DNA of 64,000 nt, taken from the NCBI GenBank assembly GCA_030704615.1, contig CM060731.1, positions 56,730,001-56,794,000 of the forward strand. The letters are read 5' to 3'. Source of the DNA: Takakia lepidozioides. Lineage: Eukaryota > Plantae > Bryophyta. The position numbers and the translations under genes were made by a program. This document shows, piece by piece, positions 32,821-46,044 of the stretch (within the stretch, counting starts at the first letter, position 1; every line of letters starts with the position of its first letter). The notes under the pieces were generated by a model. That model had not been told where the DNA came from, ran no database searches, and was given only the letters and a program-made list of their open reading frames with translations.

Positions 32821-34569
32821 GATGATAATGCACTTGGCTCGAGTTTTGGTTTGCTAGGTTGCAGTGTGCAGCCTGGCTGGGGCTTGGGTGTTTTTTTGGG
32901 GTCGGCGTGGTTCGAGAGCTCCGCAGGCTTAGGGACTTAGAGCGTTTGTTTGTCTTTGTGCCACCATCTGTGTTTTCTTAAGGTTCGCGAACCAGGATAA
33001 AGCGGTTTCTAAAAGACTAGTATCTTGCTGTGTGCACATGAGAGAGCGGGTGGGTGGGGGGGGGGAGAGAATAGAGAGAGAGAAGTGCCGCGCAGCGAGT
33101 GTACTGTTTGTGGATCGACCTGTATGTTTGCTCTTGTTGTGTCGGCCACGGTCACGACTTGTGCTATATGGGAGCTTTAGAGCGGAGACAGCAGGGAGTG
33201 TTCAATAGTATGGCTGAACGAGATGTGGTGTGTGGAGTGCGATGATTGCAGGATATGCACAGCGGGCGCGGGATGGAGGCTTTGCAGACATGAGCACCTT
33301 CTTCAACACATTTCAGCCTGTTTTCCCTGTTATCAGGATTCAAAGTCATCCCTAAATTTTCAGGTTGAATTCTACAAGTTAGCTCGACGTTGCTGCAAAA
33401 AGGTGAATGTTGTTGGAAGCGCAAGTCAGCATAGGAACTAGTGTGAGAAGTAGGGTTAGGGTGTTTGCTGGAACAAATCTAGGCTGTCATTGTCCGCTGC
33501 TAGCAGCAAAGCAAGGAGGTACTATGCATGATTTGTGCAGAGGTATGGATAGCCGAAGGAGCAGGGCTAGAGTGTGGGTCCAGATTCATCCAAGAGGGCC
33601 GGATTTCAAGCTCCAGATTACATATGAATCCCTGTGGAATGATAGCTACAAGAAACCTGCATGCGTAGATGGTCAACTGGAAGCCGCAACAGCAGTAGCA
33701 GCGGCACAATTGATAAAATTCATGTACTGCTACTCAAGACACCTTCTTCAACACATTTCACCATGTTTTTTCCTCTTATCAGAACCGGCCCTAAATGTCT
33801 CTTAAAGCCTTCAGCAGATGGGTTGAATAGAGTCAAGTGGTTTACTTTTTCAACTTGATTTTCAGATCTTAGGGCATGCGAGAGACAGTGTCAACAATCA
33901 ATCATTCTTCCTGCAAAGTCTTGGTATGCACAATCTGAGACTTGAGATCCTCCACAAAGGCCAGCAAGTTTTTAGTTAAGGATCCACCCTCTGCCATATC
34001 CTCATGAGCACAATATTTGAGCTTCCCTACCCTGGTTCGAATTGCCATGCCCTCCTCCCCTGTCATTAGCTCCCTAATGTGTGCATGATTTGTGCAGAGG
34101 CAGAGATAGCTGAAGGAGCAGGGATAGAGAGTAGGTCTAGATTCATCCAAAAGGGCCAGATTTCAAGCACAATATTACTTATGATTTCCTGTAGATCAAT
34201 AGCTACAAGAAACCTGCATGGGTAGATGGTCAACTGTCATGCCGCAGCAGCAGCGGCACAATTGATAAAATCAGGCACTGGTAATCAAGGCACCTTCTTC
34301 ACATTCACCCTGTTTTTCCCTCTTATCAGAATCGGCCCTGAATTTCCAATGTTGAATTCTACAAGTTAGCTGGTTGAGTGAATGTAGTTTGGAGTGACTT
34401 TGACATGATACTGCCACTGTGACAACATGAAAGTATCCAAAAATACGTAACAAAGATGAGGAGAAGCTGTGGAATGAATACCTTTCTGACCCCAGTCAAT
34501 GGTGGGACACCAGGCAAAAAGATGAATGCTTGTTAGATTATAGGAGAGTAGCAGACGCAATTCAGTATG

Positions 34570-36010
34570 AGAACTAGTGTAATAAGCTGAGTTGGGTGTT
34601 TCCTAGAACAAATCTAGGCTGTCATTATCAGCTGCAAGGCAAGAATGTATGCATCATTTGTGCAGAGGCATGGATAGCTGAAGGAGCGGGGATAGAGTGT
34701 GGGTCCAGATTCATCCAAGAGGGCTGGACTTCAAGCTCCAGATTACCTTGATTTCAAGTGGATCAGTAGCTACAAGAAACCTGCATGTGTAGATGGTCAA
34801 CTAAAGGCAACAGCTGCAGTGGCACAGTTGATAAAATCAGGCACCTCAACCATGACCACAGCTGTTGAAATTAGAGGATCAAGAGGGCACTTCTGGGCAT
34901 GTGAAGATACTTTGTGCGGCAGGCAGACTGACAGAGGCTCTACAGACTCTAAACCAAGGAGGCATTTCAGCAGATTCAGATATGTCTGTCTGTTGCTTAA
35001 GTGCATCAAGATGGATGGTCTGGAAGCTGGAAAGCAGGTGCACACTCACATTATCCAAAGTGGATTCACACCAAATGTTTTTCCACTCAACACCCTTGTC
35101 AACATGTATGTTAAGTGCGGGAGCATCATGGATGCTTACCAAGTGTTCAACAGAATGCCTCAATGATCTTTGATCACGTGGAATATTATGTTGGCAAGAT
35201 TTACCAAGCGTAGGTGTGGTTTGGTCCGAATTTGGCGGGGGAGTAGTGGTGGGATGCTGGAAGCCGCAGAACAAAAAATTGAGCCAAAAACAAAATCGAT
35301 ACGTGCCAGAAACCCCCAATGAAAGGTAGTGCAAACCTATTTATTGGCTTAAAATTTTAATTTTAATTCAATTACATTATGGAATGGCTTGGTGTCGATG
35401 GGGAGGCAAATGATTTATTCGTCTATTGTGTCTCCGCACATGTGTCGCGCACATGCGGGCAAAAGAGGGGCTTCAACCACATCCGTTCAATGGGTGCAAT
35501 AGCCGTGCACGCATCGCAGGATTTTTTTTCTTCGCAATGAACAAAAACCAGATGACAACTGAACGCCTCATTGGCCCATCGAACGAGTTTCGATTGATCT
35601 CATATTACACTGGGACCTATCGGAGGGTACATTGAACACACCGGCCAAGTCTCAAAACGAACGAAAAATCATTTGGATGGGCAACCATCCGTCGGCCCAT
35701 TGAACGAACTTCGATTGATCTCATATCACTCTGGGGCCTCTTCCATGGCACATTGAACATACTGGCCAAGTCTCAAAGCGAACCAAAATCATCTCGATGG
35801 CCAACCATCCGTTGAGCCATCGAATGAATTTCGATGGATCTGATATTAGTCCGGGACCTGTATGAGCAAATGCTGCGTGAAGGGGTGAAGCCCAACCACA
35901 TCGCATTTGTTTGTGTTTGCAATGCGTGTGCAAGCCTGGGAGCTCTGGAAAAGGGCAAAGAGGTCCATAGTGACATTGTCAAAGCTGGAATTGTACCAGA
36001 TGTCATCCTG
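34570..36010 (+). pseudogene. PLS-class PPR pseudogene fragment interrupted by a ~630-bp foreign segment (35221-35855)
   Basis: YVCLLLKC..LEAGKQVHTHIIQSGFTPNVF.LNTLVNMYVKCGSIMDAYQVFNRM; resumes YEQMLREGVKPNHIAFVCVCNACASLGALEKGKEVH. Confidence 0.85.
35570..35848. repeat. ~121-bp tandem repeat (2.3 copies)
   Basis: ggcccatcgaacgagtttcgattgatctcatat...ggccaagtctcaaa...caaccatccgt repeated. Confidence 0.8.
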
Positions 36011-36599
36011 GAAACAGAAGCGGCAACAGCCCAATTGATAGAACAATTCGCTGCTAATGAAGGTACCTTCTTCAATACAATTCACCCTGTTTTGCCATGT
36101 TATCAAAGTCGTCCCTAAATTTCATGTAGAATTCTGCAAGTTAGCTCGTTCATGATGTGAGCTGGCATGAGTTTTATAAAGATCCTTCACAATGGTGGGA
36201 CAACTGCAATCACAAGGTGTGGCTTTTCTTAATGTACGATGTGAAGAAGTTTGTCTATCATGCAAAGGTGGGCTCTTGGCTCCTGTTAGTACCATGATTT
36301 GGTGTTCTTCTTGATGTTTACAAGGTTCTTGGGAGAGTCAGCTTGGTCTTAGTAGGTCGTGTTTCAATCTCTGCCTGCTCAGCTGTACCGTGGTGGTTCT
36401 CACATACCAATCCAACATTACCTGACTGGGTTGATGCTCGGTCAAATCCTCCATGGGTCAAGGACAATGTGGTGAGGGCACCTTCTTCTTTGACCTGTTG
36501 CAGCCTGTTTTGCCCCCTCATCAGACTTGGCCCTGAGATGCATATTGAATTATGTAAGTTAGCTCATTGGGTGGATCTGTGGTGGTTTGGAGTGACTTT

Positions 36600-37615
36600 G
36601 AACTAGTGTGATAAGTAGGGTTGGGGTGTTTGCTGGAACAATTATAGGCTGTCATTGTCAGCTGCTAGCAGCAAGGCAAGGATGTATGCATGATTTGTGC
36701 AGAGGTATGGATAGCTAAAGGGGCAGGGATAGTGTGGGTCCAGATTCATCCAAGAGGGCTGGATTTCAAGCTCCAGATTACCTATGATTCCATGTGGATC
36801 AATAGCTTCAAGAAACCTGCTGCATGGGTAGATGGTCAAGTAAAGGTAGCAGCTGCAGCGGCACAGTAAAATCAGGCACCTCAACCATGACCACAACTTC
36901 TGAAAGAGGATAAAGAGAGGGAGTCCACAATGCCTCTTCTGCTGGGCATGTGAAGATGCTTTGTGAGGCAGACTGATTGACAGAGGCTCTACAACTTTAA
37001 ACCAACAAGGCATTTCAGCAGATTTAGATACGTCTGTCTGTCTCTTGCTTAAGTGCATCAAGATGAAAGGTCTGGAAGCTGGAAACAGGTGCACACTCAC
37101 ATTCTCCAAAGTGGATTAACGCCAAATGTTTTCCTATTCAACACCCTTGTCAACATGTATGTTAAGTGTGGGAGCATCATGGATGCTCACCAGGTTTTCC
37201 ACAGAGTGCCTCAACGATCTTGATCACGTGGAATATAATGTTGGCAGGATTTACCAAGGATGGGTGTGGTAGGAGTGCTTTGGAAACCTATGAGCAACTG
37301 CTGTGCGAAGGGTGAAACCCAACCACATCACATTTGTTTGTGTTTGCCATGCGTGTGCAAGGCTGGGAGCTCTGGAAAAGGGGAAAGAGGTCCATGGTGA
37401 CATCGTCAAAGCTGGATTTGTACGAGATGTCATTCTGAACATTGCCTTGGTGGACATGTATGCCAAATGTGGGTGCATTAAGGATGCGAAGGGAGTTTTC
37501 AACACTATGGCTGAACGAGATGTGGTGTCATGGAATGTGGGGGGAATGTGATGCTTGCAGGGTATGCACAGCAGGGACATGGTATGGAGGCTTTGGCGAC
37601 CTATGATCAAATATT
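36600..37615 (+). pseudogene. PLS-class PPR pseudogene fragment (leader + L-S-P-L-S-P motifs, frameshifted)
   Basis: VKPNHITFVCVCHACARLGALEKGKEVHGDIVKAGFVRDVILNIALVDMYAKCGCIKDAKGVFNTMAERDVVSWN. Confidence 0.88.
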
Positions 37616-37729
37616 GATGGGGGACCTTTGTCACGCATGTTCGACTATGGAGGCTGGGAGTAAAAATGTTGCAAACGACTGAAAAATGAGTCAAATACAG
37701 AGTCGAAAAGCCCAGCTTGTATTGTAGTG

Positions 37730-38600
37730 AAAGTTGGCTTCCTTAGAGTGCAGCAAAAGAGAGAGGTTGCTTTTGGCAGTTTTGTACGAAAGCAGGGTTT
37801 GAGGCCCATCTCTTCCAGACTCCATCTGATACTGACAAACTGTTAAGCACTTGCGCAAGGCCTTCTCCCTTCTAAAGGAGGCTTCCCCCAACTTACGTGA
37901 CAGCTCTTGACAAAGTTTCCTAGCAGACTTAAGTTTTCGCAGAAATCTCAAAGTCATGCTGGAACAAACGGGGGTCTCCTCCTTTTTCCAGTCATCTTTG
38001 AGGGCTTGGATGATCGCCGGGTCAGAAAGCAAAGATGGGTTGAGTTTAAAATACCCCTTACCCTTGACATGAGACCCAGGGGTTGAAATGATCAACCTAA
38101 CCTCGGAGTGGTCGAAGCCAGGCATGATAGGATCTAGGGGGGCTCTAGTGGACCATGCCATCATACAGGAAGTGCAATAAAAGCGGTCTAAACGAGCCAT
38201 GGAAGGGCCAGTGGATCTCTGTTGTTAGACCAGGTATAGAGAAGCTCCCCCACTGCAGGAAAGAAAGCATCCGAAAGACCCGCCCCCAGACAAACAGATT
38301 CCCAGGCGTCTCTCTCACTTTCCAGCATACCAGAATTCTTATCCATACTCGATTCAACCATATTAAAGTCCTCCCCCAACAATCCAATGCTCAATCTCAC
38401 TGGCGACAGGGCTTCTCAATCTTCCATGAGATGACAGTCACTGTCCCTGCCTGCTCCTGCTTCTTTTTTGCCTGAAACAAAGAAATGTCCTCTCCGGGAA
38501 GCTTCCACAACATAGCCGTTGAGATAGATTTCTTAAGACAAAAAAGACAATTACCTTGCCAGCCTGAAAGCATCCTTACATTAGGGCTGGGCCAGTCCAT
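37730..38600 (-). mobile_element. LINE ORF2 N-terminus: AP-endonuclease domain (frameshifted)
   Basis: GEDFNMVE...YTWSN...ARLDRFY...DHSEV...GKGYFKLNPSLL. Confidence 0.88.
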
Positions 38601-39973
38601 AAGCAGGACCCAAACACGATTTTTAAGGGGATGGAGGGAGAATAGAAAGAGGGGGGACAGTGAGCGCGCTGCTCTTCAACATGGAAATCCACTGCTTGCC
38701 CTTCCCCTGCTTCTTCGATTGATGCAACACGATTGGATCTAAGCAGCTCATCCACCAGCTTGTCTCCTTCTATGAGGAGCTGGGAATTAGTGGCAAAAAC
38801 CCAGGGGCTTCGGACACTTTGGTGAAGATTATGCTTACTCACCCAGGCCCTATCAACGGGTGAGTCCAGCGAGATATCAGAGCTTTGAATGATCGGCATC
38901 ACATGAATGACCGCAAAATCAGAAAAGAGAGGATTAGTTTCAATCATGACCCCAATGTTGACCAGATTCTCAGCAGAGACCCGAGCTTTCAAGGAAATCG
39001 TTGTGATGATGCGTTGGGATGCATTGAGGACCAAATCGAACTCCTTTCCCACTCCTTGCGAAACGGTCAGGTTGTCCGTGACCCACGTTGAATAGAAGCC
39101 TTCCAGGTTGTCCGTGAGCAGCCAGCTCGTGATATCATTGGAGATGGAATAGATGAGCAACGTAATGCAAATCGCAGCCTTCTCCCTTGAGAAACCAAAA
39201 CCCGGAGACCATCCCGCCAAAGGAACACCCGGGAAGGAGTGCAGCTCAAGAATAGAAACTGCGAGACTGGTGGCACCCAGCTTCTGCAGTTCAAATTCAG
39301 AGAAAGGGAACAAGGCCCAGGCCTGAGGGAAGCGTGCAGGGTGCCATGCAGCTACTTTGCTTGGCGATGAGCCGTCCGAGGCCTGCACTCTCCTTCTTTT
39401 CCTTGAAGTAGTCGCGTTCAGAACATGGCTGGGGGAGCGCGCAATGGGGGCTGACACCAGAGCCAGAGCAGGAGCTACGGGTGAGTTCTCAATAGCTCTT
39501 AACGGGCCGGGAGCCTGAGCTTGAGAGCTCTCCTGTGGCTTGGAAGAGTCAAAGCCTGCTTCAACGATGGGGGCTCTTTTACTGCGCAACAGTGGGCACG
39601 TTGCTTTCATGTTGCCTTTGCCGTTGCAGTAGTAGCATATGATAGCTAGAATTTCCTCTTTTATAGCAACTACAATGTAGGAATTGTCCAGCGTCAGCAG
39701 CTTGATAGAAGCGCCGATGGTAGCAGATTCAGGCATAAGCACGACTATTTTGGGGACTCCTGCATCCTTGCTGTAATCATGCTGCAAAGAGACAGAATCT
39801 ACACTCATGATGCCATCTGCAACAGGCTCGTATACATTGATTGAGCCAATATAGGCTCCAAAGCTCGCTCCGATCTCTGGGAGAGAAGAGAGGTAAGTGC
39901 CAGGCAAGAATGGAATGGCAATGACCCTGGGCTTCCAGTGATCCCCTCCTTGTGACCCCAGTCTTGCGCCCAC
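38576..39973 (-). pseudogene. LINE ORF1-like region with degenerate CCHC knuckle
   Basis: 465-codon ORF directly upstream of the endonuclease; CYYCNGKGNMKATC; NLS-like RKRRR. Confidence 0.6.
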
Positions 39974-41349
39974 GGGAACAAATGCACCAAGCAGTTAGAA
40001 TTAGTGGTGTTAAACTTCAGAGCTTTCAGGTACCTACAATATGATCACAACATATTCTTGATCTTCTCTACCTTCTTGGCAATGATCTGCGTTCGCTCTC
40101 TGAAATATGAGCACATTTTGGCGCTTACATTGGCTCTACATTTGTCAACAATCACTTAGAGATAGACCCTCAAAGCATTGACAATGGTGGTGGCTGCAAG
40201 ATTTAGGGTGTAGGAGAAGCAAGCATTTTAGCCAAGGATGGACGAGGATAAATTATTACATTGGAAAATACCAATATGAGGAGAAACAAATACTCTAGAG
40301 CCATGTGGACAGACAAATATGACATACAAGAAATGTAGAATGAGATCATGCATAGATTCAAAGAAATATGAAAAAACATAAGAGGTTAAAAAAAAAACAA
40401 AAAAAAAAAAACATTGGATGAATGGGATTGAAGGCACCCACAAATGTTCGGGTGAAAGAATGTTCCAACGTGGCCTAGTTGTACTGAACATCCATAATAA
40501 GTAGCAATCTCCACAAGCTCTATGGACATGATCCCCAAGACTACATAAGGTACTACTCAATATGTAGGTGAGTTATCAGTGCGTTGCCTGGGGGAAGTCG
40601 CTCTCCCTATATAGTTTAGGGAATCACGGACGATAAAGAGGTATTTTCTATGGGGGTATTACTTTTTTTTTCCCTTTACCCTATAATTATTTAATTTTAT
40701 AATATGCACAATTATCTGGTGCCAGGCTATTTTTCTTATATTTGAAAGTAATCATCAAATATTCGATATCCTATAGTAACATAAAAATAAAACAAATTGT
40801 TTTTAGAGTTCAAAATATTTTATTGTTCAATGCTCTAATGCATCTATCAAACAAATGAAGAAAACTGTTGCATATTTTGAGTGTAGTGAAAAATATTCAT
40901 CAGGTAAGAGGGCAAGGTACCTTACAACAAGTGAATAAACCGGAGCTTCTAGCAACACAATGAGGTCAGCAACTAGCGTGGCAGAACTCTTGTGACAGAG
41001 AAGAAGACAAAGTGAGAAGAAAATAAAACAACCCTAAGCCAAAACGTATCCTCCTAAACCAAGTCCTGAGTCTCATCCAAGCCGAGTCCAAGTCCCGTCA
41101 TCCGGTCCAACCAGTCATTTATGAAGTCTAAATACAAATATACCGTAGTTCAATGAACGACACATGTTCCTCGCCATTGTGGCACCCCTATAATATTCTA
41201 AAATATATATAATTGGAGCATATATTCATAATCATATTTTTATTTAAATATGGTATCCACAAATAAAGACATCCAATTTTATTTCTAAAAATATTGTAGA
41301 ATTTATCTTCAAAGAATATATATGTTGCCCTATATATTTTTTACACGCC

Positions 41350-41453
41350 GTTTGGAAAAAAATGGAAGTGACTTCCCCGAGTGCGTTACAGAAGAGTATC
41401 AACTTTGCTGAAACCAAACGTGGCTTGGTGAATGAACTGGATCACAGTATTAT

Positions 41454-41496
<43 letters not shown>

Positions 41497-42200
41497 CTTG
41501 CAGGGACCCACTTCCCTTTCTTCCCGAGACTGCCCTCACGCATGCTTACGAAATTTGGACATGTGCAATATGGGAAATTGTCCACTGTAACATGATATGC
41601 TCTGTCATGAAGAACAGAGCCTGAAGTGATCAATGTATACACCCAACCATAGTTAGGGGGGGGGGAACTTCCATGATATCCATCACTCGTGCCTGCATAA
41701 TTCTTGTTGGCTCCATCTTGCAGTCGTGATTTGCACTTGAAGAGACACGACGTACTCACTGTTTTTCAATTCCTTTTCGTGGGTTGCGAATTGGCCCTGA
41801 CATGAGGCATTCGAGGAACATAAGATAAAGTTCTACCTGGGGCAAGTCTGGGCACACTACAGAACATGCAAGACGAAACCCAGCGTTCGCCAACGTGCTA
41901 ATCTCTTTTGATGTGAGAGAGGTTTCTGCCTTCATTGGCCAAATTTGGGTGTTGGAGGCTCCATTATAACAAAGTCGCATATCATCCCGTTCATGCAGCG
42001 AGCCACATCATATTGGCAAATCCAAAACTTATGAACCTTGGACTCCCTTATTTGAGCAGCCTCGATTTTTTGACGAAGAGCGGACATCCCAATAGTCAAA
42101 TCAGTAGGTTTGTTTCTCGAAGATATGATGTATGCAATAAGGATGTCGTTTAGCCACATATCAAAGACCATGAGAGGGTACATGGTGTATTGCACACATA
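41350..42200 (-). pseudogene. MULE-like transposase remnant (SWIM C-terminus joined to a DDE-domain fragment)
   Basis: HKFWICQYDVARC...YGWVYTL..GSVLH..YHVTVDNFPYCTCPNFVSMREGSLGKKGKWVP; upstream YPLMVFD.W.N.I.IAYIISSR. Confidence 0.75.
41457..41494. repeat. (TA)n microsatellite, ~19 units
   Basis: Directly visible. Confidence 0.95.
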
Positions 42201-42827
42201 GGGCAATTGTGTAATGTGAGTATATTCATTGTGTGGTAATGGGAGCATATTTTTTACTTCAATGATGTTAAGCAAATACCTAAAAAATATTAAAATATCT
42301 TGATTTTATAAACAACTATTCTTTATATGAATATCACCCGTAGGTTGATCTCAACTACTTGCCTATCACTTCTATATGACCTATGTGACTGTTCTCCCAT
42401 GTGTGTTGGCCCACTGCAAATCCTCACAGTTTTGATCCCCATAAGGTTCTATTCCATCCCCACTACGAATGATACCCGTTCGTGCTCATCTATTATAGCA
42501 ACGCTATGGCATGAGCCGGGTCTAGTGGTATGAGTCACAATCTGGTTTAGTGGTCTTATGTCATAGGTCCATATTCACGTGGATAACACACACATGAAAG
42601 GCCCTATAGGTCTGAATTATACAAACACATATCAAGGAGACTTACAAATTAAAGTTGAAAAAAATTGGAAAAAATTACTGGAGTCTGGCAAAAAAGCATA
42701 GAGGTCGAAAGCATGATATAAAAATTGATGGTGTCAATGCCATTAACGATGTGTTTTATACATGAAAGATTCAAAGCAAAGCTGAAATGTCCAAATTATA
42801 ATTTCGAAAAGATTGTGTCAATACCAA

Positions 42828-43397
42828 TGTTGGTCTTATCGCGGGCCTTTGCCTTGAAGGCCGGGGGGGGGGGGGGGGGGGGGGTTGGGGACGGGACACA
42901 AGAGGGGCTGCCCCTGTGGTGGGGGCAGCGGCAGCGAATAGGGATGGGGGCTGAAATACCCTTGAGTACCGAAGGCACTCAAGGAGGCGGATGCACTCAC
43001 TAGGTGGAGCCCCGCAAACCGGTTTGCGGTAGGGGGATTCCACGTGGGGTGGTGGTAGCTTAGGGAGTCGTAGTGGGGGTGACATAGGACTCACCATGAG
43101 GCTGAGGCCTTGCGGTGGGAGTTGTTGGGAGTCTTGGGGCTCACCACGGTCCATTGGGGCCGTGGTAGGTGGGCCAAGACTCACTGCGACTCATCACAAG
43201 GAGTCGAGGGTCTTAGTGGTGGTTCACCAGAAAATGACTTGGTTGTTTGTGAAACCCCCGCGAACACCTACAGAAGTATATACAGGGAGTAGTAACCCTG
43301 AAAACGGTGCAAGCCCATTAGTGACCAAAAGCTAGAGGACCAGACGTACGAGCCGGAAAGCGACCAAGGCGTGGGGAGCTATTCCGGACTGCCAACA
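42828..43397. mobile_element. Solo LTR (570 bp) of an unrelated family
   Basis: TGTTGG...CCAACA termini; 5-bp TSD ACCAA at 42823-42827 and 43398-43402; GC-rich relative to flanks; internal G homopolymer of about 22 nt. Confidence 0.85.
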
Positions 43398-46044
43398 ACC
43401 AAAGGGAATTTCCACTAGGCCCAAAGTGTTCGAGGGTCTCGTGGAGGAGCAATGGGACCGTTATGCCCTGGTGAGCAGCCGAAGCTCCGAGTTGGCCTGG
43501 CGGCTAGTTTGGGAATTAGGCATTGCATAAAAGTAAATAACTATGACTTAAAGCGGGAGTTATCAAAATGAGGTGCACGACAAGTATGGTATCAACATTT
43601 TTGGTTACTAGGCTCGTCTTGGTATATGGGTGGCTCTCAAAATGACATACCAAGGGATCATTGGTACAATGATATCTTTCAAGTTAGATATAAGTCTGGT
43701 AAGGATATTGATAACTTCTTAATCACTTAAGCAATGGTACCAATACAAATGTGCTCAAGCAATACCAACTGGTATACATACTGGGATCTGATATCAAACA
43801 AGCCTTCAATTGACTTTAAAAACACTTGATGAGTGTATCATACATGAACAGCATAACTGTACATGAAAAATGATCTCATTGTCACTGACTGCAAACTCAC
43901 CCTAAGTGGATTGTTCGCCCAACAATCCCCGACCCTAAGCTGCGAACTGGCCGCCATAACACTCTTTCCTACTTCCCGTCAACAAAAGAATTGATACCAA
44001 TCAAAGAATGGTTGTGAAGCACTTGCAACGAGTATCAATATTAAACCCTAGCCGTCAACACCAGACTGGTATGGTATTCGCTAACCCTACGCTAAGCTAG
44101 GCAATGGTATCGCCGTGGGTATGTAGAATTTAGGACCAGGCTGGTCTGGACCCTGATACCAGGGTTAATAATACTTGGGTCTGATACGCATACTAGACCA
44201 ACACTGGTCAATACCATTAGTTTATAATCTTGTTTTGGTCAATTATGCTTTGTCATAAAACAAATATGTGAAAAATAACAAATTCAATCGATCAATCCAT
44301 AGTAAAAAATAAACAAAAATAAATGCAAAGTAGAGAGACCAAAGCAAGTGTTTAAAATGATGGCGTCAATCCCATCAATCTTTAAAGCCTGCTTTGTCAT
44401 AAAAACTAATAAATTACCAAAAAAAATAAAAAATCAAAATTCAGAAATAATTTAAAAACAATATTTTGAGAGAGGGCCAAATCAGACTTCCAAATTGATG
44501 GCATTGACGCCATTAATTTTAAGACTTGGTGTGGCCATCTCTCCCATCAATTTTGGTCTCTAGTGCTCCTTTTTTGCCCAAAACAACGGAAATATAGTAC
44601 ATTGAAAAATTCAGTAGACGTGGTGAAGAACGTTTGGTAACATTGTCATTTTTGGACAAAAAGATAGCAGAAGGGAGGATGTCCAAATGGATGGAGTTCA
44701 GGCCATCAGCTTCAAAGTATACTTAACTTTATGAAACTCGGGGATTGCGCCGCTCGAGGGTATCAATGGTATGGGTTCCATTTTTTATATATCAATTGAC
44801 TATCAACACGAGTATCAATATTTTTCACCACTGTCAAGTATACTCAAAATGCACCAAACTGAACACAGATTTCATTGCTGAACCCAGTATTAGGCAATGC
44901 CAACTATACCCCACACAAAAAATTACACACATGAGGGGCAAATGCAAAGATTGTTGTGTGCATGTCATTCAGAAATATCACATAGTCCAACAAAAGAGAT
45001 ATTCTACTACAAAGCCGTCAGCCCCCATTAGTGTCTGCCACACCTTACCTGGTTGCACAACCAAATCCCAAGCAATGGGTGCCTACAATATGAATACTAA
45101 GCTCTCAGAGCCGCACATTACTGGTAGCTGATACGAAATGGGAGCCCCAAACCCTAATTCATGATATGCCCTGGGTTTTCGACCTACCACCTACCCAAAT
45201 GGAAGGTTCTTGGAATAACTTGCTGATACCTACTATTGATACCCGGGATGACCCGCAATACCAGTATATTTATACCCGCCTTAAACCTAGGTACCAAGTT
45301 CCAACCGTGGTTATGACATCCTTGTTCATGTATCCTCACATATGCTTATGACTGATACCTTTACATGAGACATGGTGTGCAGGACATGACGGTGGCGTGA
45401 TCCAAAGTACATGGATTGAGCGACTGATGTAACTTACGCGGTGGTCGCGGGGCCAAGTCCACAGTCAACAGACACGTGCGTGTTCTGGATGGGCCTCGTC
45501 ACGACTGGAGCGGACACATCGACCTAAAAATAACAATAAAAGAACGTGATTGGTGGTAAATGTCAAATGCATGCGTATGTCCAAACATCATTCCTCCGTT
45601 AAATTAATATCGTAATAATAATATTGTTGTTTCTAAAAATAAAATAAAATAAAACAAAATAAAAATTGTTACAATTAGTTAGAAGTTAGAAGGTAGGGTC
45701 AGTGCCTGTAAATGCTCTCTGGATATTTTGCTCTCACAACTAACATATTTTACCATTCGAATGTGGATGAACGTTTCTATTCGTCAGAGAGGATGAAGGG
45801 GTTGCAGACATTCATCCAGTCGTTGGGGCAATGATGGCTGCTGCAGATGGATGGCCTGCCACCCTCGTTGGCCAGCAATGATTGAGGACAGGTGCATCCA
45901 TCCAGAAGGATGAATGAAAAGGAGCGCGTGGCGGTTGGAGACGAATGAGGCGACAGTGGGGCAGGGAGTAAGTAAAGAGCGAGAAGGGGGGTGGGTGCTG
46001 GAGGGTGCGAGAGGGCGATGGCAGCGCTGGGGGCGGGCTGAGCG

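Larger units (their letters stand above)
32256..37729. mobile_element. Non-autonomous (Pack-type) CACTA element, 5474 bp, carrying PPR-gene fragments
   Basis: TIRs CACTACAACACA / CACTACAATACA (11/12); 3-bp TSD AAA (32253-32255, 37730-37732); TTGACT/AGTC subterminal repeats at both ends; excision restores LINE frame KEANFRLKAGVNW; no transposase inside. Confidence 0.88.
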
